From the NCBI GenBank assembly GCA_951406725.2, contig OX597818.1:26288001-26352000 (forward strand): a stretch of 64,000 nucleotides of DNA. Reading direction: 5' to 3'. Position 1 is the first letter of the stretch. The number at the start of each line of letters is the position of its first letter. This DNA comes from Octopus vulgaris (taxonomy: Eukaryota). The notes under the pieces were generated by a model. It ran no database searches, was not told the origin of the DNA, and was given only the letters and a program-made list of their open reading frames with translations. The position numbers and the translations under genes were made by a program. Shown piece by piece: positions 36,306 through 50,900 of this stretch.

Positions 36306-38380
36306 TGTAACATCTGTGCGAAGTGAGGAGACAAGAATGGCTCCTTAGTACATCACACGGTCAATACAATAAATATAAATAGAACAATGCATATATGTGC
36401 CAGAGGGAAAAAAGAGACACAACCGGGTAGAATGTTTAAGAGAAGATTTATTGATACGTTAACATGTGTGATTGTGTGTGCGTCATATATACAAAATAAA
36501 AGACAGGCCGTCATAAGAATAAGATGCATGCATGTGTATGTAGGCATAGATGTATGCGTGTTAAGAACATACAAGGATGGCAATGAAGAAGAGACAGTGA
36601 ACGAGTCTATAGCCATCAACGTGAGGAGTAAGTTCATAGACACAAGGATGATAAATACCAATTCGTAGTCAATTGTACATGATAGTTGAAATACTGTATC
36701 AAGATTGTGGCTATGATGCAGAGCTGTATGTGAAGTTGTGATGCTGCTGTCTGGGTCACTTGGTACAGGAGTTCTCACAAGTTGTATATTCGCTGTTGAT
36801 TCATGGTGAAGTAATTCACGAACAATGCAGTGTTGTAACCAGGGCGAGTTGCTTGTTGAGTTGTGTACACAGAGAGATGTTGACGTTAGGACGATAGTGG
36901 CGATGAAGATGGAGGTCACCAAATGCTGTTGAACGAAGTTGGTGAGTCTTAACGTGGCTGCTGTTGTGTTGTCACTGGCATTGGCTGTCTTGTGTGGTCA
37001 GTTGCTAGACCTTTTAAAGGTCTGGAAAGAATTTCTTTATTTACCTATGAAAGGTATACATAGAGGGGACATAACAAGGGACAGACATTTACATTCTTAC
37101 AAAACGGTTTTGGTTACAATGAGATGAAAAAATTATACAATCGAATGAGGATGATTTAATAAAATTATATACAATTAAAAATAAAATGATGTTCCGGGTT
37201 ATTTTACAAGGTTAACCCGCCAGTATTTTTTTTCCTTCCTTTTTATTTTGACTGGCTATGCTAGCACGGCCCCATTCATTCTCAACTTTCTTACTACTGT
37301 CGTCCATCTTTTCCAAACATACTTTGCGACAGACTCCTCTCCAGATGGATTTTTCGTGACAGGTGGTAGTTGAAATAATCTATCAGCCCGCGTCCGGAGA
37401 TGAACTGGCTTGTCGCAATCCCTTTCACTCAAGTCGTCCATACCGTCTCTTTCAGTATGGCTACTACACAGAGAAATGATGCCTTCTTTTCGTTGTTGAA
37501 CGAAGAAGGTGGTACGATCTTAATCATGGACTCAGTCGAGAGCCATACTCTTTCCGCATCCGACATCAGCTGTTCGACATAGGTTATCAACTCCCTCAAC
37601 TCCTCACAGTGTATGAAGACGTGCATGACCGTTTCACTGGCATGCCCGCACCTCGGGCATGTGGGGGAGGTGTCAAAACCATGTTTAGACAACCTCTCTC
37701 GAACCGGTAAGGCCGATCTGTAGCACAATCAGACCAAGGATTTCGGAAAGTTATCCAGACACCTCAGCACGAAAATTCTTCCGAACAGGTTAGTCAGCTG
37801 CTCCTCATCGAAGCCCAGAGTTTCCCATAGGACTTCGTCGGACTTATGCTCTACCAACCCTCTATAAAAGTCCGCAGCGGTAACCCTGCTGCCGGTGTTG
37901 CTCACCCGAGAGAAAAGAGTGAGTGTTTGTCTGCACTCCCTCTGCCATTCTTCCGCCTTAGGTTTCCGCTCGATCCATGTGCCTAAGTCCCTGAGGGACT
38001 TCAGTTGTGGAAAGAGCCCCTTGGCATGCGGTGACCACACCTGCTCACCATCCAGGTAGCACTGGAGATATCTCAGCCTCAGCGCGTACTTGTGCATCAT
38101 CAGCCCACCCTTTAACGGTTTTTAGCAGCAGATCGAGCGCCTCACAAGTGGCGTTTTCCCTCTCCACAAAAAGTGGAAAAGGATCTGCTCCAACTTGTTG
38201 AACCACAAACCGGGGCAAGGCACGACACTGATGCTATAAACACCTGTGTAACCTCGGCTCTTCCTAACAAGGATAACATCCTCCCAGACTAAGAGGTCTG
38301 GATAGACCTCTAGACGAGGAGAAGTTGGGTTTTTATAAGGAGTTGTAGGCTCAAAACTGAGTTGAGAACAGGCTGTCACA
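36306..38380 (-). mobile_element. Probable solo LTR interrupted by a Tx1/L1-like LINE
   Basis: Minus strand TGTGACA (38380) ... TATAAAAA (about 38331-38338) ... AATAAA ... TGTTACA (36306); no matching TSD seen. Confidence 0.45.
37027..38293 (-). mobile_element. 5'-truncated Tx1/L1-clade LINE with 9-bp TSD
   Basis: SGRMLSLLGRAEV, LEQILFHFLWRGKTPLVRR, zf-RVT-like ALPVRERLSKHG...CPRCGHASETVMHVFIHC; AGGTCTGGA at 37018-37026 and 38294-38302. Confidence 0.85.
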
Positions 38381-38692
38381 CATGACCTTATTTAGGGGCT
38401 TCGATTGGTTATACGCTGCATATTGGCACGATAGAGTAAGAGACAAATTGCGCCAATACCAACCAATTTGAGTAGTGGACAGAACGGAGTCCAAAATGTG
38501 GCCAAAGGCTAGCTGTTATCTACCACTTTTGTATGTATGTATATATGATAGAGAGAAGAAGAATTTCACATAAGTGTACGCTACACATCCTATCATGGAA
38601 CATGGGCATTAAAGATGATGATGATGATGGTGATTTATGTCTACTTTTGTAAAAGACTGCATCACTATATGTTGCTATAGTAATGAGATCAA

Positions 38693-38760
38693 CCAATGAA
38701 AATATATTACGTCACAATTATCTCCCTTGGACTCCATTTGATAACTTTGAAAGATGGCGG
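38693..38760 (+). promoter_or_regulatory. UBR7 proximal promoter: CCAAT (38693-38697), ATF/CRE-like TTACGTCA (38707-38714), YY1-type AAGATGGCGG over the start codon (38751-38760)
   Basis: Motifs visible in the ~120 bp of unique DNA between a repeat tail and the ATG. Confidence 0.55.
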
Positions 38761-38903
38761 AACACGAGAAAATGTCGCGGGAAAATGTTGATCAAGAAGA
38801 AAACATCACTATGGTAGATTTCCTTGCAGAAGAAGAAAAACTAGAAGCCGATGCAAAAGCTGTTCTAGGTGGCAGTGATCCCAAAAATTGCACTTATCCT
38901 CAA
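38754..38903 (+). CDS. UBR7: UBR7 exon 1
   Basis: MAEHEK...AVLGGSDPKNCTYPQ, donor CAA|GTAAGT. Confidence 0.95.
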
Positions 38904-41900
38904 GTAAGTTTTAAGGCAATAAATATATGCTCATAATAAATAAAATTGCATTCGTTATACATCATTTTGTCTTTTTATACACAAACTTGAAATTACTTTT
39001 TTGCATTCTTTTATATAATTCTTTTTACCAATAGTCTTTCTTGGAATGGTAAAATATTAGTAATTGTTTTGAATGTACTTTTGTTTGCATCGTTTCTTTT
39101 GTAATCTGTAGGGTAATATGCTAAGTAAATTGTTGCAAAATGTACTAGATCTGCTATGTGTCTTAGTTTACAAATTGTTGATCAAAATAAAAATAACAAT
39201 TGTTGATTTGGATGATAAGCGATACCTATTTCATTCATTGCTCATGTTTATTCGAAATTATTACAAGTGGAAACGTTCGTAATGTGTTAAATTCTGTTTT
39301 ATTGAACATGATCCACTTTTATTACATTTGATGTTTTTCTCCATTTAAAATGTAGAAAACTATTTTTTTTTATTGAAATTTCAAAGCTAATACATCCTGG
39401 TAAATACCACCTGTTTTTTACTCGGAAAACTTCAAATTTTCAACTCCCTTTGTTACGGGGTCTTAAACTGTATCAAGTAGCACCAGCATCAGGCTCAAAG
39501 AATTCGTCTGCTATATATCAAACGGCTTGCTACTTTACTGTTAAGCTTGTATTTTCAATTGGATTTCTGTTTCTGAGAACAAATGTCGTCTTCAAATGAA
39601 ACAATTTCATTAAATGTCAACAAATTTAATATTCATAAATTTAACAGCGGCTTCTCCACACAAGGCAGCTGTCATCTTATTTTAGTTTTTTATTTATTTG
39701 TTTTTGATTTGGATGAAGTGGGTTGTGACCGTTGTCTTCGCAAGTCCGTCTAAATAGTGAAATCGACGCAATTCGATTAAATTACTCACTACTATTCAGA
39801 AATTTTGTTATTGCTATGTTAATTATAATAAAAGGAAGTCCAGGAATTATTCCAGGTCCTTACTTAGTTAATAAGGTTGTAGTTGCAATGGCTGGCTTGG
39901 AATATTTAATAATGCATTAATCTACCATTTATTTATTGCTACAATAGCGAAACAAAGGGTATACACTATAGGAAAAGGTAATTTTTCTATATAGGAAATG
40001 AAACTAATTGAACAAGCCGTAAAAAAGTCAACTTATTGCAATCAATAGGTTGATCCTTGTATTGTAGATTGAATGTATTCGTCTTGAAGATTACCAAAAC
40101 CTCTAAGTATCAAAGTCATGACAAAGCAAGACATGTAGAAAGGAAGAGGATACAAACTCAACATATACCAATATGGAATGTGTTTAGGGATTTTGGGTAG
40201 ACTGACCTGGAAGTACACTTTTAGGTGTGAGTGACCGTGATCCTGTCATGTATCAAAAATCTTGTAATATTTTCAAGTAACCCAATGATGAGGCCACTTG
40301 AAATATATATATAAATCTAAAATATTCTGGTTCAGCATCCTTTTATTCTTCATTTTCAGGGTTACCTTTCTCGTCAAGCTCTTTATGCTTGTTCTACATG
40401 TACTCCTGATCCAGCCCAGCCTGCAGGAATCTGTCTTGCATGCAGTTATGAATGCCATGAGGGTCACGAACTCTTTGAATTGTATACAAAGAGGTATGTT
40501 TCTGTATCCTGTATCTATCAGTGGTTTTCTTTTTTTTTTAAATATAGATTTTATACTTAAATTTTCTTAATTTAAATGTCATTTATTCTATGAGACTTTT
40601 GGTAGTTTTTATCTTTGTGTGTTTGTTAATTTTCAACCAGCATGAAATTTTAACATTTAAATTCTATTGTGATTGTAACTAGTCATGACATATTAACTTT
40701 GAGAATTTTTTCCCTCTGTTTTTCTTTCTTAAGAAAGGCGGCAAGTATTAAAGTTATCAGCTCTAACAAATCTTGTAAAATATCTGAATGTTGTAGAATT
40801 GTTTAACCCATTGGTACAAAAGTACTTTTAAAAGATATCATTTGAACATCAAAAAATTGTCTAAAATTATTATATAATTCTATTCAAGGACATGAAGTCA
40901 TCCTCTTAATTTTAATTTTATTTCAACTACCTTCTTTATCACTCTAATTATGGTTTGAATGCTCCAGTTTGTCATACTGAAATAGAGTGAAAATCTTTGA
41001 GAATTCCTAATCTTGCAGGTTCATGGGTGCCATGTACACTTTGTAAAGTGGTTGGGGCTAGGAAGGACTTCCAGTTGTAGAAACTCTGCCAAAACAGACA
41101 TGGATCCCGGGCAGCTCTCCAGCTGACCAGCTCCTGTCAAACTGTACAACTCATGCAAGCGTGAAAAACAGACGTTTGATGATGATGATTGTGTATCATC
41201 TAATCTTTGAAGCTCAATATTCCAAGTTCTTCCTTAGTTTGATTATATTTGTGTTTGAATTTCAGTTTGAAACTTAGATTAAAATATTCATGTTTTATTC
41301 CTCTTATTATTGCATTCAAAGCATGTTTTCTATTTCAAAAGTGGAGGCAAGCTGAGTCACTTATCTAGATTTGATTCCTGATGGTAGCTGTTTCACTTCA
41401 CTTATATTATTATTGTCTTTGGGAAAGACACAAAACTAATAGTTTTCTCATTCAATTACATTTTCAACATTATTTTTCAGTTGCATATAGATCTTTTATT
41501 ACAATTTAATATTATTTGTTTTTTCTTTTGTTCCAGGAATTTTAAATGTGATTGTGGCAATAAAAAATTTCCAAACCGCTGTAAACTGTTTAGTGTAAGT
41601 TGAGTATTCCAACTATTTTGTACTGTTTATTATCTTAAAATTTTACATATATTTGCAATTTTAAATCACTGATGAGAATAAAAATAGAAATAACTGTTCA
41701 TTTGAAAATTGAAATGTTTAGGGTTATTACATCTTTCTTTTTTTTTTATATTCTAGCATAGGTAGTTTTTGTAAATTTGAATATTTGCATTTGTTTGTGC
41801 AATGGATTTCATCATTGGATATGTTTTTTTACTGCTGTCCTCAATGGTGAAAAAGTAGAATCCAGATATTATCAGACAAATGAATTGAGACTAACAAAGT

Positions 41901-44900
41901 TACTTGCTTTGTCCAAAGAAACAATGGCTGCAGTATTCTAACCTCTTAGCCATTTATGTCTTGGTTTATATTATTTGATAGTTTTCGAAAAGAAAAGAAT
42001 GCCACTTTATGCATTAAAGTGATTAGTTCTTACTCTGTAGTTGTGAAATTATCATATAGTTTTGCTGAGAACAGCTGTTAGAGTAAAGCATTTTGCTTTT
42101 TTGAACAAAGGTAGTCTGTAATACCTTCTGTATTGTTATTCATTTCTTCTACTGAAAACCAACCTTATTAAATATTGTATTTAGTAACTAACAGAATACT
42201 TATGTTACTAATGCAGAATTCAGATATTTTAAATACTTTCGTTTTTATTGTCAATTAGTAGAGTTTGTCTTTTTAAATCCTACTTATGTAATTATTCATT
42301 TCTACAATATTCATACTGTTTTCTTTGGATATTACAGTTTACAGCAAATGATAGTTAAATGTTAATCATCTTGTAGGTATTAGTTATATTTCCCACTTGT
42401 TTTGATATAGAAGGAATTAGAAAATTTCAGATTCCAGGTTATTTGGATGTAGATCGATATGTAGACCTTATTTCAACAATTTACTCTCTGTAAAGTTTTT
42501 CTTCTCTTCATTAGTTTTCCCATTTTTATATTTTCTTTTATATAGGAAAAATCTGATTATAATGAACTTAATCAATACAGCCAAAATTTTGTTGGTAAAT
42601 ATTGCACTTGTAAGAGGCCTTATCCTGACCCTGAGGATGATGTAAGTCAATTCTGTTTAATAATGTTAAATTGATATGTTAGTTAGGATGCACATAAAAA
42701 ATACAGGAAATGGATAAACAATATAACTGGTTTTTCACTAATGCAATTCTTAGACTCTGGAGTACTGAGTAACACTTGTCCATTAGAAAATGATTGGTGC
42801 AGTTAAGATCATTATCATCATCATTTTTGCATGGGTTTACAGTGTCTTGCTACTCACTGTAGTCCTTCATTATCTGGCACACAGAACATCTTGGCTAACG
42901 CTGTTGTACATGTCATTTTTGGCATGGCCTTCTATGGCTAGATGCTCTTGACTATCAACAACTCCCTTGTCAATGTAGACTGAGTGTATTTTATTGTGTT
43001 GTAAGCACTAGAGAAGTCGTTTGCAACAAAAGTATAAGTTCCTCTCCACTTCATATTGTTTCTATTGGTTCTTTCCTTTTTGGCAAGGTTTCTACAGCTG
43101 GATGCCCTTCCTAACTCAAACCATTGTACAATGTGGACTGACATTTTATTGTGCCATCTGTATGCAAAATAAATGTGAAAAATTAAGAAGTATTGGCTGT
43201 GTAGAGTAGATAGGTATGAAAAATTTAGGAAGAAAATCTGTTTATGTACAATTTTGAAGTGGAATTATTAACCCTTTCGTTACCAAACCGCCTAAAGCCG
43301 CCCGAAAAAATTTTTAGTTAATGTGACCAAACCGCCCGAAAAAAAAGTTTAGTTAATGTGACCAAACTGCCCGAAAAAAATTTTAGTTAATGTGACCAAA
43401 CCACCCAAATTTACCTATTCATATTTAAATGAGAATATCAGAGCAAATCTCTTTAGTACATTTGTGAAAACATGTGATTATGCTTCGTAAACAGTTAATC
43501 TACAGTTTTGTACAAAGATCGACGTGTAATTTTAATTCCCTGAATATTGGGAAATTTTTTTCCACATTTTTTTCGGCATCGATTTTTCTTCAACTTTGAA
43601 AATAGATGGGAGTTTCATGTTATCAAGCATTGATTCCGAATTGGAAAATTTGTGAAACAAATACTGGGTACTTTTGTGGATTTAGTTTTTATACAGGGAA
43701 ACTAATGTTAGTCAGCATGGCTTAGGGTATGATGTGGTCTAGAAGTTATTGTTTGAAGCGATCAATGCGGAAATAAACTTATGCAGAACGTAAACAAACA
43801 CAAAATGGGGGTTCAAATTTCGGAAAATTTGTGAAGCAAATACTGGGTACTGCGTGGATTTAGTTTTTATACAGGGAAAATAATGTTAGTCAGCATGGCC
43901 TAGGGAACGATGTGGTCTGGAATTTATCACTTCCATACCATAACCAGGGCCGTATATTATTTTTTGATGGATTTCTTTAGTTCGGTCTAACTTACGGTGG
44001 ATTCCAATATTTCAGTTTATTCCACCTTTATGGTTCACCTGTTGTGCATTAAATTCAACTGATGGTATAGTGATGTGCACAATTCTTCTTTATCAAAATT
44101 TTGTTGCATACCCATTTGAATATTAGCTGATGATTCATTTTCTATGGTGATGTTTAAACAAAATTTTAATATTTTTACCTTTTGCTCATTTTAAAATTTT
44201 AATATTTTTACCTTTTGCTCAATTTACCTGGATTTACCTGTAATTAAAGTCACTTTGAGACAAAAGTTATGCAATAGAATTGATTAAGAACCCTTTCTTT
44301 AATTATGTTCCAAATATCACATTAATATGTTGATAAGTAAAAAAGTTACAGTTATTTAATGAAACAAGCCTAGATTCATGATTATTTTAGAATTTAATTG
44401 AAACTCATGAGGGGTGTATTTTGGTCAGAAATATAGTAACGAAAGGGTTAAGGGAAGACCTTAAAACTTTGTGGAAAATAGGGAGAGTTTGTTTCAAGTA
44501 GATTGAGCCTTAATTGTTAGTGAAACAATAGTAATTGAAATAACTAAGTAATAAAAGATTTGTGGAAAAAATTGCTTCACAACACTGAGTATACATGTGT
44601 GTTGGTTGTGGTCCATAATAATGACAGTTATTTATCTGTACAGATATTTTTATTTCTTACTTTTGGCATGTGGAATGATATAATTATGCTGATAGAGGGA
44701 GGTAATAAGATAGCAACTAGAATAAACCAAAGGGAAGAGAAAGGAGGAAGTGTGTATGCTTCTTAAGTCATTATTTTCATATCGTGAATATTGTCTAAAC
44801 ATGACTATTTTACTTCAGATTGATGATGAGATGTTCCAATGTGTTATCTGTGAAGATTGGTACCATCAGAGAGTAAGTTGACCTCTTCTTTGTCTTTTGT

Positions 44901-47900
44901 GTGTGTGTTAGGCCTCAAAGAAAAAGCAGATGTTCAATTAGAACGTGGAAATTTTAATAATTGATTCAGTAGAATGTTTTAACTAACTCATTTGATCCAT
45001 TCATTATTTTATATGTGAGATTTGGGGGTTAAGACTTCAAATTCAGGTGTGATCAAATCCAGTTCCTTTTTTTTCTAAAAGTATTATTGCTGTTTTTATT
45101 GTGAGACCAGGTTTATTTAGTAAATTTAAGCACATCATTAAATATTGATGATTGTTGCTCTCTATCTCTCTTAAAATAATCTTACCAAAGACCAAACGCT
45201 TCCAACTAGAGTTCTTAAACCATGTGTCAAACATTTTTTTATATAAATACCTGTGTTGATTCTTGAACCAGTTTAACCAGAATATTTTGTATGGCTTGAC
45301 AACATGCACTTAAGTATCCGTTAAGTAAAAGTAGGAAGCATCATAAAAGCTTTCTTCTAAGATTATTATCTTTCTATATTCTGGGGAAATTTATATTTCT
45401 TTTATGATTTGGAATTAAAATTCATTACGTATTAAGTGGTTTCATTTATTTTTATTGTATGCAGTTGTTAATATTGTTGTCAGATATTTTTTGCTGAAAT
45501 AAAGTTCCAGTAGGCTTATCACTAGTTCACTGCATTTCACATGCTGAGAATGGCTGTGCACTCAGCTTTTGAAAGCTTATGCTTGCTCAGCTGAGATGGC
45601 CCTGATTGGTGTTTCAGGAAGTTTGAAACATATTTGATCGGCAAGTATGAATAGCTCCTGTATATATAGTGATGGGAAGGTGTGCACATGCATGTACATA
45701 ATATATTTCAGTGATAGAGAGAGAGAGAGAGAGTGTCTGTCTGTCTGTCCTTAACCATGTTTATAGGGCTGGATTTAGCAGAATAAAATTTTGGTTTGTT
45801 CTGCAATATTTTTACTTTTCACTTTTAGTAGTCTATCAATAAGGTAACATCAGTCTTGGCTTGATTAAAATTTAAAACTTCAGAAAGAGTTACACCACAA
45901 CACTCATTATCTACCTGTTAGTTTAGCTCAGTGCACCACATATTGAACCTTTTGGAATCTGATTGCATTCAGTCCGGTTCAGTGTAGCACTAATTGAGCG
46001 AAGTGTAGTGCTTCATCATCATCATCGTCATTTAACATCCACTTTCCATGCTGGCATAGGTTGGACGGTTTGACTGTCTGGTTTCTTTTTAATGTTCAAT
46101 ATCATCTTTCTGTTACCTTTTCTTTTAAAACTGATTGTTCTCTATATCAAGTCAAAATAAATGTAAATCAGTTTTTAAAGTATAGTATAATTACTGGAAT
46201 TTGAGGAGACTACTTGTAATCTGCATTATCTGAGAAGCTGTTTTGAATTTTTTTAACTTAAGGTATAGAGGTTTTCTCTGATATATAATCTTGAAGTTAT
46301 AAATTTAAGCTTAAGTTTCAGTGTAAGATCTTTTTCATTTTACCTTGGACCCAAGTTAATTAAGAGCATGTGATGAGGAATCAAGTTAATGTATTTTGGT
46401 CTCCTGAAACTCTTCTAAGGCCCATTATATCCACTTGACAGCACAACTATGTTTATATACACATAGTACATTGTGTCATGTTTTGTGTTTTATTTATGAC
46501 ATTTTTATAATTTACTAGTGTCATTTTTATTATTTGTTTTTCTACTAAATTTTCTAGCATTTGAATGCTGATTTTCCTGAACATGATGATAGTGTAGAGG
46601 TTGTATGTAGTAGCTGCATGAAAAAGTGTCCCTTCCTCTGGGCATACCAAGCTGCTAATACAGGTGAGTTACCTAAGCTTTTCAATACTTTAGAAAAAAT
46701 ATACTATTTAAAAAAATCTATTTACACGAACTGTTGTTGAATTATTCTGTTATATTGAACAATAAACAGTATATAATTGTTCCTGATCCATAATATTGAC
46801 ATTTTGGCTTGTGAAAATGGACATTTTTTTTTTGAAGACTTTTAACATTTCTCAACGTTTTTATTAAATATTTTCTATAGTTTATTTCTTAATCACACAT
46901 ATGATAATTTTATAATATAAGATTGCCATATGTGTGATTAGAAAATATAAATCTATAATAATTATATCATACTAGACCCATTTTTATAATCTCTACTTCT
47001 ATTTTATCCTTCATTTTGAAGATGACAGAAAGAAACATTTAGAAAACCCCTTAATTATGGTGCATTATTTCTTCCCCCAAATTGTCTCTTTCCATGTTTT
47101 TTTTTATCCCAGTCCTTTCTCTCCAGATCATTGATTCTTTGGAATTTCTTCCCTGCCCATAATTTTTCCACAGATTCACTTAACTGCATCAATCTGACCA
47201 GTTTGAGGGAAGCTTGTAGAAATCATAGGTATTACCTTTCCTTCTTGGCTATTAGGTCTTATTCAGATGTGGATATCAATTAATTGCAACACTGGAATGG
47301 TTTCCTGAATACATACCATGGAATCCTAATGTTGTTTTGACATAAGGATTGCCTTAGCTTCATGGGTGTAACCCAAAAGAGTACAGAGTGCAACATTTAG
47401 CATGAGAATGGTTACAGAAGTTGGCAAAATAACAAATTTAATTGTCTTAGTGGTTCTACTCCTTGCAGTATATATGTCTTCTTACACAAACAACTCTTCA
47501 TGTAACAGAAATCTCAGATTTTACTGTGGGAATGATTTTTTTGTAAACTACTAAAATGTTACTTTTGCTAGTTTTAGTCAGATATTTTACCCCTTAATAT
47601 AGACACAGTCCTGTTATGAAAAACTTTATTCAATTGTTTTTTTTTTAATGTTAAAAGCCTTGTATATCATAGTATAACTTTTGTAATAAATGATCTTGTA
47701 GCTGTAAAGATAGAAAAATGCAATGAAAATGTTGATGTAGATGTGGAATCTCACAAAAACAAACCTCAGTCTGATGGTTGTGCTGACACTAAACAGAAAA
47801 AAGACCCCGAAGAAAAGAAATCAACACAGTCTGGTGAGTCTTTTCAGAAGAAGACTGAAGATGGTAATCCTTCTGACAAAGATAATAACTTGGTGAGTTA

Positions 47901-50900
47901 CTTAATATTAAAATTTTCTTTGTGATGCCCATATTTTCAGGTGTTATTTGCTGAATCAGGAATTTAGAAAAAATACCTGGAATATTATGTTAGTGAAAAT
48001 TTCTTGTAAATGTGGAAATAACTTAATCATTTACCTGTGTAATTAAAGCATAAATAACAACTCATAAAGAAACATTTTTTTTGTGATATTAACCATGTAT
48101 TTCAGGGGTTTCGTTAATATTTAACAGGTTGGCAGAATTGACTTTTAATGAGAAGATATAACTGCTTTTAAATTATGATAAAATACAGGAAAGAAAATGA
48201 AAAACAAATCATAGGTAGTTACTATAATGAGCGTTATATCATGTCAATGTTATGATATAAATAGCTTCAATAATATGTGCAAGCATACCTGACTAACATG
48301 ATTGCTTCCCAACTTCCTTGAGTTCAGTCCCACTGCATGGCACCTTCTACTATAGCCATAGGTTGACGTGGATTTGGTAGCATATATGTGTGTGTTTGTG
48401 TCTCCTTGCCTTGATTTCATGTTATAGTTGTAAATCAATGTCACTATCATGCAAGTTGGGCTCTTCATTTCCAGTCTTCCATGGAAACATATCTGGTTAT
48501 GGAGAAATATTACCTTACTTGGAAACAGGTGAGGATTAGCAACAGGGAGAGATCTTGCTGTAGAAAATGTGCCTCCACAAATTCCATCCAACTTATGCGA
48601 GCATGGGAAAGTGGATATTAAACAATGGTGATGAAACATCATAACTGAATTATTTAGAAATCTCAACTTTGTTAATAGTCAGATTATTCTTTTATTGACA
48701 CTAGAAATAAGTTCACGATCTATGAAGGTGCCCTTCTTTCGGTTGAAGGGATGACAGTTTGTATCCTGTCTTTATCACTGCAGTGTCTATGGTCAAGGTA
48801 CTTAATTCATAATGACTCATACCACAAAGCTGCAGATTGTTACCATAGGTAGTCAGATCACAACAGTAAAGAATAAGAGCACTATATAATTTATCAACTA
48901 CTTTAAAGCTTTCAGCATTTAATTTTTTCTGTGGATTCTAATCCTCATCCCTTGTGAGTATACCCAGCACTTTGCCACCATCTTGCTGTCTCCCCCTCTC
49001 TCTCTCCTTCTGCTCTTCCCTCAGTTTGGGTAACCGTGTATCTCCTTTGCGGCAGCACACCTGTTTCTGTCTTCGTTCTTGATTTTTCTCTCCAGCTGGG
49101 TAACCTTGTACCTCTTCTACAGCAAGACACCTGTTTCTGTCTCTGTCTTACTATAACCTTTCATCGTCTGAGACAAGATCACCTCCTCCAATGGTCCCCT
49201 CCCCTCTCAAAAGATTTTTTGTTTGTGTAAGGTACTTGGTGACCCTGCCAGTGCAGGTGTCACTTAAAAAGAATCCAGTTCACACTGTAAAGTGGTTGGC
49301 ATTTGGAAGAGCATCCAGTTGTAAAAATCTTGCCCCAAACTCATCTCACCTCTGCTTGTGCCACATAAAAAGCACTAAGTCCACTCTGCTGAGTAGTTGG
49401 TGTTAGGAAGGGCATCCAGCTGTAAAAATCCTGCCAAATCAGTCACAGAAGTCTGGTGCTGGCTTCTGCCTGACAGGCTCCTGTCAAACTGTCCCACCCA
49501 TGCCAACATGGAAGGCTGACGTTAAACAATGATGATGATTTTTCAAGAACAATTTGAAATCTTTATAGATACCCAATTTGTCAGCCTTGCTACTGGATTC
49601 AAGTTCCAGTTCAGATCTAGGATGTGTATGATGGCTAGTTGTTTGCCATAGTCTGTCACATACAAAACATCTCGTACATAGTCATACACCATAACTATCA
49701 AAGATATCATGGTGTATGACAATGTGTATGAAAGGATTTCTTAATGAGTAAGCATTAACTTTCACCAGTTCAAGTTTTTATTGGCTATGTGTGTTTTAGT
49801 TTAGTCATGTTTCTTAGAATAGATATTAAATGTTATTTACTTTCAATGCATCCTGTTGTCTTCTTGAAGGCGTTGTAACTGTATATCTATAGATCAGCTT
49901 ATGGTCAAAGACATTCCAGCCTTGACAGTTCCATTGTATTTTCAAATGTAATATAAGAACAGGCATGGCTGTGTTGTAGGTAATTTGCTTCCCAATTGCA
50001 TGGTTCTGGGTTTAATCCTACTGCATTCACCTTGGGCAAATGTATTCTGTTATTACCCCAGGCACACCAGAGGCTTGTGGGTGGATTTAGTATATAGAAA
50101 CAGAAAAAAGCCCTTTATATGTGTGTGTATATCTACACACACAAACATATATCATTGTTGTCGTTTAACATCCACTTTCTATGCTGGCATGGGTTGGATG
50201 GTTTGAGAACTGGCAGGCCAGGAGGCTGCACCAAGCTCCAGTCTGATTTATCAAAGTTTCTAGAGCTGGATGCCCTTACTAACTCCAATCACTCCAAGAG
50301 TGTAGTGGGTACTATTTACATGCTACTGGCATGGGAGCCAACCAGGCTGCACTGGCATTGACCACACTCGAATGATAATTTTTATGTGCCAGTCAGGTGG
50401 TACTGGCATTGACCACGACTACGATTTCACTTGGTTCAAAGGTCTCGGTTACCTGTCGTTGCCTCTGAGGCCCAACATTTGAAGGTTGTGCTGCACCACC
50501 TCACCCCATGTCTTGTCCACAGGTTCCCTTCACTGTTAGAGTGTGATATTCACACAGCTGTCCTCGTCCATACACAACACATGACCTCTTGCACACCACA
50601 TTTGATGCTTCTTATGTCTAACTTTTCTCTCAGGGTGCTTACACTCTGTATGCACACTGACATTACACATCCAGCGGAGAATACTAGCTTCATTTCTTTC
50701 AAGCCTATGCATGTCCTCAGCAGTCACAGTACAGTCCATGTTTCCCTGCTGTGTAGCATGGCTGTTCGCACACATACAGTCTACCTTTCACTCTGAAGGT
50801 AGACTATGTTAACAGCAAAAGAAGGAGCTGTCTGAACTTTGCTCAGGCTATTCTTATTCTCACAGTTTCATTCTCAGAGCATCCAACCTGGCTACTGACT

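Noticed and set aside
36353-36922. 189-aa ORF with hydrophobic stretches
   Set aside because: Non-ATG start, no recognisable domain, and it lies inside a probable solo LTR.
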